From assembly GCA_964344145.1 (NCBI GenBank), contig CAYFME010000007.1, forward strand, positions 2-64,001: a stretch of DNA of 64,000 nt, read 5' to 3'. The DNA comes from an uncultured Gammaproteobacteria bacterium (lineage in GTDB: Bacteria; Patescibacteriota; Patescibacteriia; UBA9934). This document shows positions 24,863-34,689 of the stretch, piece after piece (within the stretch, counting starts at the first letter, position 1; each line of letters begins with the position of its first letter). The notes beneath the pieces are model-generated. The model had not been told where the DNA came from. It was given only the letters and a program-made list of their open reading frames with translations, and did not search any database. Position numbers and translations under genes: made by a program.

Positions 24863-26430
24863 TGTTTAAGAAGCAATTCCTAGGACCGTTGACATGGAAG
24901 ATCGTCGGGGCGATTGCCGCGGCGCATGTTTTGGCGTTTTTTGTTCGCGAGACGCCGATCGAAGGGTTAGTTCTGCTTGCCGTCTTTGCTGGAGTCGTAT
25001 TGCTATCAAATCGATCGTTGCTTTACGGTTTGATCGTTGCATTCGCTGAGATTTTTGTTGGTGGCCATGGACATCTACTAAGCTCAGAACTACTCGGCTT
25101 TTCCATCTCGCTCCGCATGGTCATTTTCGCGGCCGTGATGTTCGCGTGGCTGTGGAAATGGTGGAGCAGCGACATTACATTGCGACGCGACGCGTGGCGG
25201 GAACTGCCGTTCGTTATTTTGATTATCGCGATTGTTGCTGGGTTCATTCAAGGGATTTTTGCAAATGGAGCAGGTGGGGCATTCGATGACATGAATGGAT
25301 ATCTCACGCTTGGTTATTTGTTGCCGCTGATGAGTATCGAATGGAAGGCAAAAGCAAAGCGCGTGCTCTTGCAGACGTTGGCCGGATCGGCAATTTGGGT
25401 GGTTGCGTTTTCGCTGACGCTTTTGTATGTATTCACGCACGTCGATGGCGACACGCTTAACATTTTGTATACCTTTATTCGCGACGCACGATTGGCTGAA
25501 GTAACATTGCAAGTGACGGAGCACACGTATTTCTATCGCGTCTTCATGCAATCGCAATCAACCGCCATGATGGCACTGTTGGTGAGCTGGGGGATAATGT
25601 TATTTGCGTATCGAGGTGAACGATTGCCGGACTTGGTTGGCTGGACGGCCGTTGGTACGTTGGCGGTACTCTTCATGAGTATGTCGCGCAGTTTTCTGCT
25701 TGGAGCTCTTATTGCGATGGCGTTGATGTGGATCATGGCGATCGTACGCGAGTCAAAACGATGGATGACGATCAAGCGATCTCTTTGGATGGTTACGTGC
25801 GCCATCGTTGCTGCGGTCATAGCCTACGCACTTGTCATGATCCCAATTCCGACACGACCCGATCTCACCAATGCGGCATTCTATGAAACGTCATCAGAGA
25901 CGGGGCGCAGTGAGGCGGTTGTCAGCCGATGGGCTCTTTTGGATCCATTGATGGAGTCGATCGCACAGAGTCCACTGACTGGACAAGGGTTTGGAGCGAC
26001 GATTACGTATGAATCCTCAGATCCGCGCATTATTGAGGAGACAGGTGGATCGTACACAACGTATCGATTTGAATGGGGCTGGCACGATATTTGGCTTAAG
26101 ATGGGACTGTTGGGCTTGCTCGCGTTTGCTGTGTATTTGATCGTTATCTTGCTTTCCGGACACTATCACATTGGAAAACATCGCCAATCTTGGCTGATTA
26201 TTGGACTCGCCGCAAGTATCGTTGCGTTGTTTATCACGCATGCATTCTCTCCATATCTTAATCACCCGATTGGAATTAGTTGGATGTTGTTCGTTTTGCC
26301 GTTTTTAGACACGCGGGGTTGGGGAAACGTCATTGAAGAAAAGATTCGTCAACAACGAAAATTTGACAGGCCTCAACAGGCCGTGATATCTTCTCGTCTC
26401 GCCAACCGCGAGGAAAAGAAATCTTATTGA
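24862..26430 (+). CDS. O-antigen ligase/polymerase-like polytopic membrane protein
   Basis: It has ~12 TM helices with a large periplasmic loop. The TGATG start/stop overlap couples it to the GT2 gene. Confidence 0.55.
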   Translation: MFKKQFLGPLTWKIVGAIAAAHVLAFFVRETPIEGLVLLAVFAGVVLLSNRSLLYGLIVAFAEIFVGGHGHLLSSELLGFSISLRMVIFAAVMFAWLWKWWSSDITLRRDAWRELPFVILIIAIVAGFIQGIFANGAGGAFDDMNGYLTLGYLLPLMSIEWKAKAKRVLLQTLAGSAIWVVAFSLTLLYVFTHVDGDTLNILYTFIRDARLAEVTLQVTEHTYFYRVFMQSQSTAMMALLVSWGIMLFAYRGERLPDLVGWTAVGTLAVLFMSMSRSFLLGALIAMALMWIMAIVRESKRWMTIKRSLWMVTCAIVAAVIAYALVMIPIPTRPDLTNAAFYETSSETGRSEAVVSRWALLDPLMESIAQSPLTGQGFGATITYESSDPRIIEETGGSYTTYRFEWGWHDIWLKMGLLGLLAFAVYLIVILLSGHYHIGKHRQSWLIIGLAASIVALFITHAFSPYLNHPIGISWMLFVLPFLDTRGWGNVIEEKIRQQRKFDRPQQAVISSRLANREEKKSY

Positions 26431-26588
26431 TATGAAAAACATTCTATTCATGACGCAGCCAAATTTCGGCGGTATGACCGCACGCTTGCTTTGTATTTCT
26501 CCCGTTTTTGGCGGAAATGCAACAGCACAGCGCGGCTTGTTTAAGCGTAGGATGATGAGTTTTTAAATGATCACAACATTTGAAGGCT

Positions 26589-26620
26589 GAGATCCCTCGC
26601 TTGAACAAGCGGGGGATCTC
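26589..26620 (+). terminator. 15-bp hairpin (gagatccctcgcttg-aa-caagcgggggatctc) followed by TTATT
   Basis: Seen in the sequence. It sits at the left edge of the GC-rich ABC island. Confidence 0.4.
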
Positions 26621-26666
26621 TTATTCATCTCGATTCACTTAGTGAGTCGAAGTAGCAGGAGTGTGT

Positions 26667-28514
26667 ATGGCATACGATCCTCAAGCACAGCGCAAGATCG
26701 CGGGCAACTGGCGCGAGTACCTCAACACGATCGCGCAGAGCATGCGCGTCTACCGATGGGTATGGGACGAGCTGATCGACAGGGACGCGCGACGCTGGGT
26801 GAAGCGGATGGTCGCGGCGCTGTTCGTCACGCTGGCCTTCTTCATGGCCATGCCATGGTTCATCAGTCTCGTGTTCGATGGCCTCGTCGCGCGCGATGTT
26901 CGTCAGCTCGGCATCGGTCTGATCGGATTTCTGGCCTGTCTGTTGGTGATGCGTGTGATGGATTACCTCACGGGCATCTGTCGTGAGTGGGTGCTGGGAC
27001 TCAACATGGGTACACGACATGACCGCATTAGCGAACTGTTCTTCGAGAAATCGCTGGGACAGCACGCGAAGCACCACGATCTTCTCTCGTCATCCAACGT
27101 GGAGAAGGGTCTTGGGAAGGTGTCTGAGTCGCAGGAGATGATGCTCTTTGAGGGCACGGAAGTCCTGCTGACCTTGCCGATCTCATGGGTCTTCCTGTGG
27201 ATTGTGAGTCCGGTGGCTGGCACGATCATGACCGTTGCGCTTCTGGCGCACGTTGTCTGGTCGATGTACCTCAACCGTCGGGTGGTAGAAGTCTGTACGC
27301 CGCTGGATGAGCAGTTCCGTAAGCACAACCGCTACCAGCGCGAGCGCTGGAAGCAGATTGTGCGCGTGAAGGTCAATGCGAAGGAGCGTGAGGAGCTCGA
27401 CAAGATGGATCGATGGTTCCATCGTATCCTCGATTCGGACCGCGACTTCTGGATGCGCTTCATCCTGCACGCGGTCGGTCGTGGAACGTTGACGAACCTC
27501 TTCGTCTTCGGTGTGCTCGTGTACGGCGCGTGGATGGTGTGGGGCGGCTTCTGGCAGGTTGGTCTGCTGTACCCGGTTTTCACCTGGTCCTCGATGATGC
27601 GTGATAACCTGTGGCGTCTGAGCCATGTGGAGCATCGCCTTAACTGGAATTATCCAGCGATCGCATCGTTGCGCGAAGCGCTGACCATTGAGCCCGATAT
27701 CGTCGATACCGCAGACGCCGTGGCACTCAGCCCGGACGAACCGGTGCACGTTGAAATCGACTGTGTCACGCATGCCTACGAAGATGGTGTGCAGGTGCTC
27801 AAGAACGTCTCGCTTTCGATCGAGCCCGGTCAGAAGGTTGCTCTTCTTGGGCTCTCGGGAGCCGGAAAGTCCACGCTTACACAGTTGGTTCTGCGTCAGA
27901 TGGATCCGACGGGTGGCTCGATTCGTGTGAACGGCCACGACCTGCGTGAACTGGAGCTCGCCTCATGGTTGAGCACTGTTGGGCACATCCCGCAGGACTC
28001 CGCAATCCTCGACGGAACGCTTCGCTACAATCTGCTCTACGGTCTGACTGCCCAGGAGATTGAGCAGATGGACGACGATCGAATCCGCGAGCTGATGGCA
28101 AGTGTGGAAATCGACTTCGACCGAGACGGTCTGGAAACGCTGGTTGGTGAGGGCGGCATTAAGCTCTCGGGTGGACAGCAGCAGCGCGTGATGATTGGTG
28201 CGGCAGCGATGAAGAAGCCGCGCTTCATGGTCATTGACGAGGCGACCTCCAGCCTCGATGCGGTTACGGAACGCAAGGTTCATGATGGGTTGCACAAGGT
28301 GCTGACTGCCGACATGAGTGCGCTCATCATCACGCATCGACTCTCAACGGTCCGTGACCTGTGTGATACGTTCGTTGTGATGCGTCCGGCAAAGGGCCTG
28401 ATCAACGGCACGCCGCAGATCGAGGCGGTCGCTGGTTCGTTCGAGGAGCTCTATAGGGTCTCCGAGACGTTCCGCGTGCTCGCCGACGAGCAGGGCCTTG
28501 ACGTGTCGCGCTGA
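26667..28514 (+). CDS. ABC transporter fused permease/ATP-binding protein (MsbA-like exporter), ~62% GC
   Basis: A 6-TM N-domain is followed by Walker A GLSGAGKST, the signature LSGGQQQRV and Walker B FMVIDEAT. Confidence 0.75.
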   Translation: MAYDPQAQRKIAGNWREYLNTIAQSMRVYRWVWDELIDRDARRWVKRMVAALFVTLAFFMAMPWFISLVFDGLVARDVRQLGIGLIGFLACLLVMRVMDYLTGICREWVLGLNMGTRHDRISELFFEKSLGQHAKHHDLLSSSNVEKGLGKVSESQEMMLFEGTEVLLTLPISWVFLWIVSPVAGTIMTVALLAHVVWSMYLNRRVVEVCTPLDEQFRKHNRYQRERWKQIVRVKVNAKEREELDKMDRWFHRILDSDRDFWMRFILHAVGRGTLTNLFVFGVLVYGAWMVWGGFWQVGLLYPVFTWSSMMRDNLWRLSHVEHRLNWNYPAIASLREALTIEPDIVDTADAVALSPDEPVHVEIDCVTHAYEDGVQVLKNVSLSIEPGQKVALLGLSGAGKSTLTQLVLRQMDPTGGSIRVNGHDLRELELASWLSTVGHIPQDSAILDGTLRYNLLYGLTAQEIEQMDDDRIRELMASVEIDFDRDGLETLVGEGGIKLSGGQQQRVMIGAAAMKKPRFMVIDEATSSLDAVTERKVHDGLHKVLTADMSALIITHRLSTVRDLCDTFVVMRPAKGLINGTPQIEAVAGSFEELYRVSETFRVLADEQGLDVSR

Positions 28515-28589
28515 GCGCGACGTGTCCGCGTAAGCTCAAGCCCCCGTACCTGTACGTCAGGTGCGGGGGCGCTGTGCCACTTGTTGTGG

Positions 28590-28934
28590 CTAGAGGTGAA
28601 CCTTGATGAACGTGCCGCCGTGGTGGAGATCGAGCGTGAGCGTGGCCTGGTTGAGCGCACTGATGGGCATGCGCACGGTGACGTCGCGCGTCTCGTCTCC
28701 GGCCTTGACGCGGATCACCAGCTCGAGCTTCTCGGAGCCCGGGGAGCCGAAGGTGCCCACACGAACGAGCTTGCCAGTGCGCTGGATCCTTGACGCTGAC
28801 CGGACGCCCCAGGCGCTGCGCGAGCTCGAACACGGCCAGGCGCGAGGTGAGGACATCGCCGATCCGACGCAGGAGGCTCTGCGTGTCGGAGGAGGCGAAC
28901 TTGGGAAGAAGCGGCTTGAGAAGCGTGCCGAGGG
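28590..28934 (-). pseudogene. frameshifted GC-rich ORF (frame A MTHSPLGTLLKPLL...RPVSVKD joins frame B IQRTGKLVRVGTFG...TFIKVHL near 28790)
   Basis: Two minus-strand ORFs (28402..29001 and 28590..28856) are each protein-like over only half their length. The protein-like halves abut at GGATCC 28783-28788. Confidence 0.3.
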
Positions 28935-28997
28935 GGCTGTGAGTCATCGTTGTCTCCAGGAAGGTACCCGCTAGCCTAGCATGAATGCCGGCCTGCG

Positions 28998-29897
28998 TCA
29001 AGGTTGTAGACCTTTGAGAAAGTCCGATGTTTTCATGCGTTGCTTGCCTTCGAGTTGGAGCTCAAGGATTTCCAGCGGCGTCGAGGAAGTGCCGAAAAAG
29101 AGGTGATCGTCGATGATGGCGTGTTCGCCGGGATGTAGGGGTTTGGCGCGCCAAACCCCTACAGGTTTTGTATCAAAAAATTTCAGGGTTTTTTGCTCCC
29201 ACATCGTCCATATTCCAGGCCACGGCATGTAGGCACGCCGTTTTGCATCGATTTGCTCTGCCGTTTCGCTCCAGTCGATTTTGCCATCTTCCCGGCTAAG
29301 GAGTTTGCAAAAGGTTGTTGTATCGTGATCTTGAGCCTGCGGCTCGATAGATCCGGCAACGTAGTTTTTGATCGTTTGGACAAGCAGCGGGGCACCGATA
29401 TCGTGAATGGTTGCTTGAAGATCAGGATACGTCTCGGTTCCGTTGAGCTGGATGGTCTCCTGCACCAAAATCGGTCCATGATCCATTTCGGCGTCTAGTA
29501 GCATGATGCTTACACCTGTCTTGTCGTCCTGATTCGCAATCGCTGCCTGCATCGGGGAAGGGCCACGGTACTTTGGTAAAAGAGACGGATGAACGTTGAC
29601 GGTCCCGTGCTTTGGAATATCTAAAACGTTTTTCGGGATCATCTTGCCGTACGCAACAACGACAAAGAGATCGGCATCAACGTCGATCGGTTCCTTTTTT
29701 AAACTCGCAGGTTGCAACACATCGATGCCGTGTTCCACCGCATAGTGCTTTGTCGCCGGGGCCGTAAGCATTTTCTTGCGACCAATAGGTTTGTCAGGCT
29801 GGCAAACAACCGTAGAAACAATCAGATCCTCGTCTTGATCGAGGGCCTGCAAAAAGGGAACAGCAAATTCAGGAGTACCGAAAAAGGCAATCTTCAT
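28998..29897 (-). CDS. fmt: methionyl-tRNA formyltransferase
   Basis: MKIAFFGTPEFAVPFLQAL and the HPSLLPKYRG motif. Confidence 0.85.
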   Translation of the reverse strand: MKIAFFGTPEFAVPFLQALDQDEDLIVSTVVCQPDKPIGRKKMLTAPATKHYAVEHGIDVLQPASLKKEPIDVDADLFVVVAYGKMIPKNVLDIPKHGTVNVHPSLLPKYRGPSPMQAAIANQDDKTGVSIMLLDAEMDHGPILVQETIQLNGTETYPDLQATIHDIGAPLLVQTIKNYVAGSIEPQAQDHDTTTFCKLLSREDGKIDWSETAEQIDAKRRAYMPWPGIWTMWEQKTLKFFDTKPVGVWRAKPLHPGEHAIIDDHLFFGTSSTPLEILELQLEGKQRMKTSDFLKGLQP

Positions 29898-30379
29898 ACA
29901 AGAACGTCTCCTTCGGCTTGATAAATCTTTTTCGCGCGATCGATGAAAAGAATCCCGTCAAGATGATCGATTTCATGTTGGAAAACGATTGACTGGAAAC
30001 CATCAAGGTCAACATGCACATCGTTTCCTTCGCGATCCAGGGCGTCGAGCGTTACAGTCTTATGACGCTGTACAATACCAACAACACCCGGAATGGATAG
30101 ACATGCCTCTTCACTCTTTACTTTTCGAAACGACGCGTTAGAGATGACGGGATTGATGAACGCCTCAACCTTGTTTCGTGAGGTTTGCACAACGATCACA
30201 CGACGATGCTCGCCGATTTGCGGCGCTGCCAATCCAACACCCCCTTCAATCTTCATCGTCTCCTTCATGTCATCAATCAGCTGTTGAAATTCTGCGGACG
30301 CCAACTCCTCACGCGTGACGTCGCGTGATTTTTGTCGCAAAGACTCTTCAGGAACTTGTACGAGGGGAAGATTAGCCAT
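29894..30379 (-). CDS. def: peptide deformylase
   Basis: GVGLAAPQIG, EACLSIPG and HEIDHLDG are the three PDF motifs. Confidence 0.85.
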   Translation of the reverse strand: MANLPLVQVPEESLRQKSRDVTREELASAEFQQLIDDMKETMKIEGGVGLAAPQIGEHRRVIVVQTSRNKVEAFINPVISNASFRKVKSEEACLSIPGVVGIVQRHKTVTLDALDREGNDVHVDLDGFQSIVFQHEIDHLDGILFIDRAKKIYQAEGDVLV

Positions 30380-32126
30380 ACGTAACTTGCAGTATGCAGC
30401 TGTCAGGAAGTTGTTGCAAGTAGGGCAGTAGTTTGCCGTATTTTTGCGGTGGTGTCAAGATCTCGATCGTGTCGTTAATGCGAAAGACAAGTGCATTTAG
30501 CTGCTTTGCCTTCTGAATAACCGTATCTAGACGGGCATCCTTCGTTCCGTGAACGCGGATATTCACTCGGTAACGAAACGGCGGGAGGTGATACGTGTGT
30601 CGCGTTTTCCGTTCGGTGTTGATGAAGGATTCAATGCTCTGCATCGGACGGATGAGTGTTGGCGTGAAGGTCTGGATGAGGCATGTTGTGCGCTGCGTTT
30701 GTGCAAAGAGCGCCAGACGATGGACACGCGAGGCCATTTGTATTCCTGCGTTGGCGTCACCACCCATGTGAAGATCGGTACACGCGTCGGCAACAATACC
30801 AACATTCCATCGCTTGAATGCACGGTGCAGGGTTTGAAAGAAGTATTCGGTCACAAGAAGGATGTCGGCGCTCAATTGTCGATGCTCCTGTTTGTCGACG
30901 ACAGCAATCGAAGCGTTTGGGAACGCTTGCTTCCAAGATTCGATTAGGCGTTTGTTGCCAATGCCGCGCGGCTTAAGGTTCACGCCCTGGCATGACGGAC
31001 AGGACTCCGGGATCCACATTTCCGCATGACACACGCTACAGACAAGGTCGCCGGAGCGCATTTTCGGAACAGATCCGCAGGAACCGCAGTAGGGAATGTG
31101 TCCGCAATCTTTGCACTGCAACCTTTTTGCGTATCCTTTGCGGTTGTACAGAACGATCGCGCGTTTGTTTGCAGCGAGCGCGTTGTCGATATCTGATTTG
31201 AGGCTGTGAGAAAGAAACGGTGTGGACGTCTTTTCGTCTTGGGCCGTGAGATCTACGATACGAAATGCGACATCGGATGCATCAAGCTTTTCTTGATCGG
31301 GACGAATGCGTGGAATCGAACCGCAAGAGAGAAATTCGGCGTTGTGTTGTTTGGCGAGAAGACGTGCCGCGTGGGCCGCATCAAAGCGAGGGTTGCGATC
31401 GTATTGCACGTGGTCGGGATGCGTAGGGTCATAAACGATCACGGCCTCAATCTTTTTTGCTGACAGAAGCGAAGCTTGCTTTGTTCCAACGAGAATATCG
31501 ATCACGCCTTTGCGCCAGTCTCGGATGATTTGCGCGCGTTCGTTGTGGGGTGTGTGGCCATGCAGGTACGCAACGGTCTTGGTATCGGGTAGATATGTGG
31601 CAAGATCGCGTGCGTCTGTTTCGTGGGGCGTGATGATGAGCAGTTGATGCTCAAGCGTACCTGACAGTCGATAGGCCAGAGTGATACACGTTTCCACAGA
31701 ACCCTGCACAAATAATACGCCACCGGGTGGCGTATTGCGGACACCGGTTACCTGCTGAGCGATTTTTGGATGTACAAGGGGATTGAGCGTTGGTTTCGGT
31801 CGCACGGCTGGTCGGGGCTTGCGGTCGATGCCGATGAGCGTTTGATAAAACAGTGTCGATGGTGACTGGACAATCGTCTGCGCGATCGTTTCGATACGAG
31901 TGATATCTGACGGCAGAAAGAGTTGTGGAATGACGACGCGATCGATACTCGATAGTCGCTTATCCGTTCCAGCCTCTGCCTTGATCTGACGAACCACGCC
32001 CAGTACGCTTCGTCCCTTCAGCGGTACGCGCACAAGATCACCAACGCCGACGTCCTCATTGCACGTGTAATCAAAAACGCCGAACCTCCTGGGCAGGCGC
32101 GTGACAGGGTAGACCTCGGCGAACAT
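30372..32126 (-). CDS. priA: primosomal protein N' (PriA) homolog with degenerate helicase motifs
   Basis: The C-terminal Cys-rich zinc-binding region CKDCGHIPYCGSCG...CSVCH...CPSCQG is PriA-like. Walker A reads GSVET, not GSGKT. DEEH is replaced by TPHE. A family-2 palindrome encodes NTPPGGVLF at the Walker A position. Confidence 0.7.
   Translation of the reverse strand: MFAEVYPVTRLPRRFGVFDYTCNEDVGVGDLVRVPLKGRSVLGVVRQIKAEAGTDKRLSSIDRVVIPQLFLPSDITRIETIAQTIVQSPSTLFYQTLIGIDRKPRPAVRPKPTLNPLVHPKIAQQVTGVRNTPPGGVLFVQGSVETCITLAYRLSGTLEHQLLIITPHETDARDLATYLPDTKTVAYLHGHTPHNERAQIIRDWRKGVIDILVGTKQASLLSAKKIEAVIVYDPTHPDHVQYDRNPRFDAAHAARLLAKQHNAEFLSCGSIPRIRPDQEKLDASDVAFRIVDLTAQDEKTSTPFLSHSLKSDIDNALAANKRAIVLYNRKGYAKRLQCKDCGHIPYCGSCGSVPKMRSGDLVCSVCHAEMWIPESCPSCQGVNLKPRGIGNKRLIESWKQAFPNASIAVVDKQEHRQLSADILLVTEYFFQTLHRAFKRWNVGIVADACTDLHMGGDANAGIQMASRVHRLALFAQTQRTTCLIQTFTPTLIRPMQSIESFINTERKTRHTYHLPPFRYRVNIRVHGTKDARLDTVIQKAKQLNALVFRINDTIEILTPPQKYGKLLPYLQQLPDSCILQVTYG
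31714..31736. repeat. Family-2 palindrome (AATACGCCACCGGGTGGCGTATT) embedded in-frame in priA
   Basis: Its core is identical to the copies at 34289-34351. Confidence 0.65.
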
Positions 32127-32944
32127 TAGCTCAGCTTGAATTCGACAGTAAGATATCCAACGCCAAGAGGCGCTTCGTAGTTAAGGATATCTGGTTTATA
32201 AGAAATACGATCAAGCAGACCCATCAGAATCAGTAGCGGTTTATACGATCGTTCGTGCGCGTTTTGCACGATCTGCTTATCAAGGCTAATCAGTCCAGAG
32301 GTGTTTTTCTGCGACAGGAGTTCTTGTACCGCGGCATCGAACTGTTCGCCTTCTTTCGTAAATCCAGCTGGAGCGTTCGACGACAGGGCATGCGACATAT
32401 CACCGGCGGCGATCACAGCAATGCGCTTTTTACTATTCATGATTTCGTCTTTGATTGCCTGACCAAACTGGAAATGTTCCTTTGAACCTTTTTCGTTGTA
32501 GCAAATTGGTACAAGCTGCACATCTAGATTTTGTGCAAGACATGCAAGGGGTACGGCTGCCGCATAGTGAAGGGATTCGTCGCTGGTGAGCGTACACGAG
32601 AGACCTGAAGCGCGTAGCGACCTTTGCAGTTTATCGATTAGTTGGATGTTAGGTCGAAATTTCATTTCAAATCCTAGATTGCCGAAGTCACTCAGATCAA
32701 ATGTATACGGATCGGCAACGTTAACTGAAAAGCATTCTTTGTAAATCGTCGGATGCTCACTGATCAAAACAATTGTCTCTGGATGGCTCGCGTACAACTC
32801 ATCGGCAAGCGTATCCAAAGCCTGCGCCGTTTTTTCGATCTTTGAAGCAGCCTCCTTGTTGATGGAGGGCAAAAGAAGTGGGGAATTGGGAACAAGAGCC
32901 GAGAAAACAAGCATATTACTCGATGGCTTCAAGAACGTCGCCAA
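32126..32944 (-). CDS. class III extradiol dioxygenase-fold protein (MEMO1/AmmeMemoRadiSam protein B-like)
   Basis: Length, composition and a GDMSHAL-type motif are family-like. Confidence is modest. Confidence 0.4.
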   Translation of the reverse strand: MATFLKPSSNMLVFSALVPNSPLLLPSINKEAASKIEKTAQALDTLADELYASHPETIVLISEHPTIYKECFSVNVADPYTFDLSDFGNLGFEMKFRPNIQLIDKLQRSLRASGLSCTLTSDESLHYAAAVPLACLAQNLDVQLVPICYNEKGSKEHFQFGQAIKDEIMNSKKRIAVIAAGDMSHALSSNAPAGFTKEGEQFDAAVQELLSQKNTSGLISLDKQIVQNAHERSYKPLLILMGLLDRISYKPDILNYEAPLGVGYLTVEFKLS

Positions 32945-34265
32945 TACGATGCTGGTTTAGGAGTGCAATATTCACTGTCTGCACATCATCCCACGACCAA
33001 CCGTAGGAGGTAAAGGTTTGCTCCGAGTCGATTGGAAGCCGTTCTTTTTCTGAGATGACGTACACAGTCGGATCGTCGTCGGTCTTTACCAGATGTCCTT
33101 CGGGGATCAGGACGGGGTCAGCCTCGGTGTATTGTTCAACTTCAACCGGGAGCGCGCTGCGGACGCTCGTGCTGGAGAAACGCATATCCAATAAGACGTC
33201 ATCGAGAATGATATGGCGTTTGCCATCTTGGATGAAGAAGAGAGCTCCGTTGGTTGATAGCTCAAAGATCAGTCCCGTTGGGCTCTGAGTACTCTGCGTA
33301 ATCTCCTCGCCGATGTCAAAGTAATCCAAATCGTCGTTGTCGATAGCCGTTAACTCATCTTCAACAAAGCCAAGCGAGCTAAATGTGTCCATGTTGTCGA
33401 AGGGTCGAAGCGTGTCGTCGACCAGAAGATAAATCGTCCCGTCTTCATCTTGCAAAAGGGAATAGTTTGGAAAATCGATCGGTCGACCTTCAGGATAGTT
33501 TTCCAGCGCGTTTGGATTTACGGTGATGATCAAATCAGGGTTGAAGCGTGAGAGGAGGGCGCTCCAGCTGTGAATTGGTCGTTTGTAGCCAAACTCAATG
33601 TAGTACACACCGCTTTCACCATCCGCTTGAAGCAGACTTCCACTTGGGTACTGTGTTGAGAACCATCGATCCCAAATCGTGACGAAGTTCTCATTGCCGT
33701 GGAGGTGTGGGGTGTAGGCATAGAGTGATGCGGTGGCGGCGTTGGCTGGCGTGACGACCGTTCCGTCAATGTCGACCTCGATGCCCGGACCGTATTTTCC
33801 TTGTGTTGAGCCAGTCGCCTCAATGTCGGCCAAGTAGCCTTCTCGAAATTGTGCAGCCGCAGAGTTCACCTGTTTACCGAATCCTTTCCAACGTTGAATG
33901 GCGGGGTCATCTTTGGAACAGCTATCACACACGGCGTACCCCGTTGCCCAGTCAAGTTGGTTTTGCGTTGGATCATCATCTTCAACAAGGCTCTGTTCCT
34001 TCTGAAGGAGGACGAGAATGAACTTTGGATTCAGGCTGTATTCCTGGGCGGCGGTCCAAATGATGTCCACGGCGTAGGCGTCGTTTCCTTCCCAGTCCTC
34101 TGTTAGATAGTCCCCAAGATAGCCTCGATTGAGATAGTGCTGGATTTGATTGAAGTCCAATGCAAAAGGGTCCTCCAGCTCCCAGTCCGAAAGCAGATAG
34201 TCTGGGTCAAAGGCTAGGGTGGGGAGCGGGAGCAGGAAAATAAGGGCAAAAAGCAGGTATTTCAT
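32916..34265 (-). CDS. secreted hypothetical protein (possible cell-wall hydrolase)
   Basis: The signal peptide MKYLLFALIFLLPLPTLA starts at the ATG 34263-34265. The track N-terminal extension reads through the family-2 palindromes. Confidence 0.5.
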   Translation of the reverse strand: MKYLLFALIFLLPLPTLAFDPDYLLSDWELEDPFALDFNQIQHYLNRGYLGDYLTEDWEGNDAYAVDIIWTAAQEYSLNPKFILVLLQKEQSLVEDDDPTQNQLDWATGYAVCDSCSKDDPAIQRWKGFGKQVNSAAAQFREGYLADIEATGSTQGKYGPGIEVDIDGTVVTPANAATASLYAYTPHLHGNENFVTIWDRWFSTQYPSGSLLQADGESGVYYIEFGYKRPIHSWSALLSRFNPDLIITVNPNALENYPEGRPIDFPNYSLLQDEDGTIYLLVDDTLRPFDNMDTFSSLGFVEDELTAIDNDDLDYFDIGEEITQSTQSPTGLIFELSTNGALFFIQDGKRHIILDDVLLDMRFSSTSVRSALPVEVEQYTEADPVLIPEGHLVKTDDDPTVYVISEKERLPIDSEQTFTSYGWSWDDVQTVNIALLNQHRIGDVLEAIE

Positions 34266-34288
34266 GGCGTGATTATAGCACGTATTTA

Positions 34289-34351
34289 GAATACGCCACC
34301 CGGTGGCGTATTCCTCGTCGACTGCAGAATACGCCACCGGGTGGCGTATTC
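34289..34351. repeat. Family-2 palindromes, two inverted 25-bp copies (GAATACGCCACCCGGTGGCGTATTC and its reverse complement) 13 bp apart
   Basis: Copies lie at 34289-34313 and 34327-34351 in the divergent promoter region. Confidence 0.7.
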
Positions 34352-34445
34352 GCATGACGCGAAAACCCCATCTGTCAGAGTCTTTTGTAAAGTTGTGTAT
34401 TACAAATAAAATGGCTTATTTTAGCCAAAAAAAGAGGGTTGGGTC

Positions 34446-34474
34446 TTGACAAGATCTCAAAATTGTGCTATAGT
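34446..34474 (+). promoter_or_regulatory. consensus sigma70 promoter TTGACA-17-(TGc)TATAGT with an upstream A-tract
   Basis: ttgaca lies at 34446-34451 and tatagt at 34469-34474. Confidence 0.55.
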
Positions 34475-34689
34475 ATACGTGTTAGAAAATAGAAGAGAGA
34501 CGTAAGGCACCGACGAAACAGGTCCTGGAGCGAAAGCTCTGATAAAGGTTCGATCTCTCTTTGGAAGGATCGAATTTTCTGCATAGGTCGCGAGGCTATG
34601 AAAGCGCAAAGGCTTTCATAGCGGCGTGATCACAGAGACACGTTCCGTGAATCGGCGCCGCTGCCGATCCCCTCAGACCTGGAAGAGAC

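Noticed and set aside
28402-29001. Single 199-aa minus ORF
   Set aside because: It overlaps the 3' end of the ABC gene. Its second half is Arg-rich nonsense, better explained as two frames of a frameshifted ~125-aa gene.
34482-34610. Calling the leader RNA an SRP (4.5S) RNA
   Set aside because: CAGGUCC and a GNRA hairpin are suggestive, but the conserved GGAAGGAAGCAG domain-IV motif is absent.
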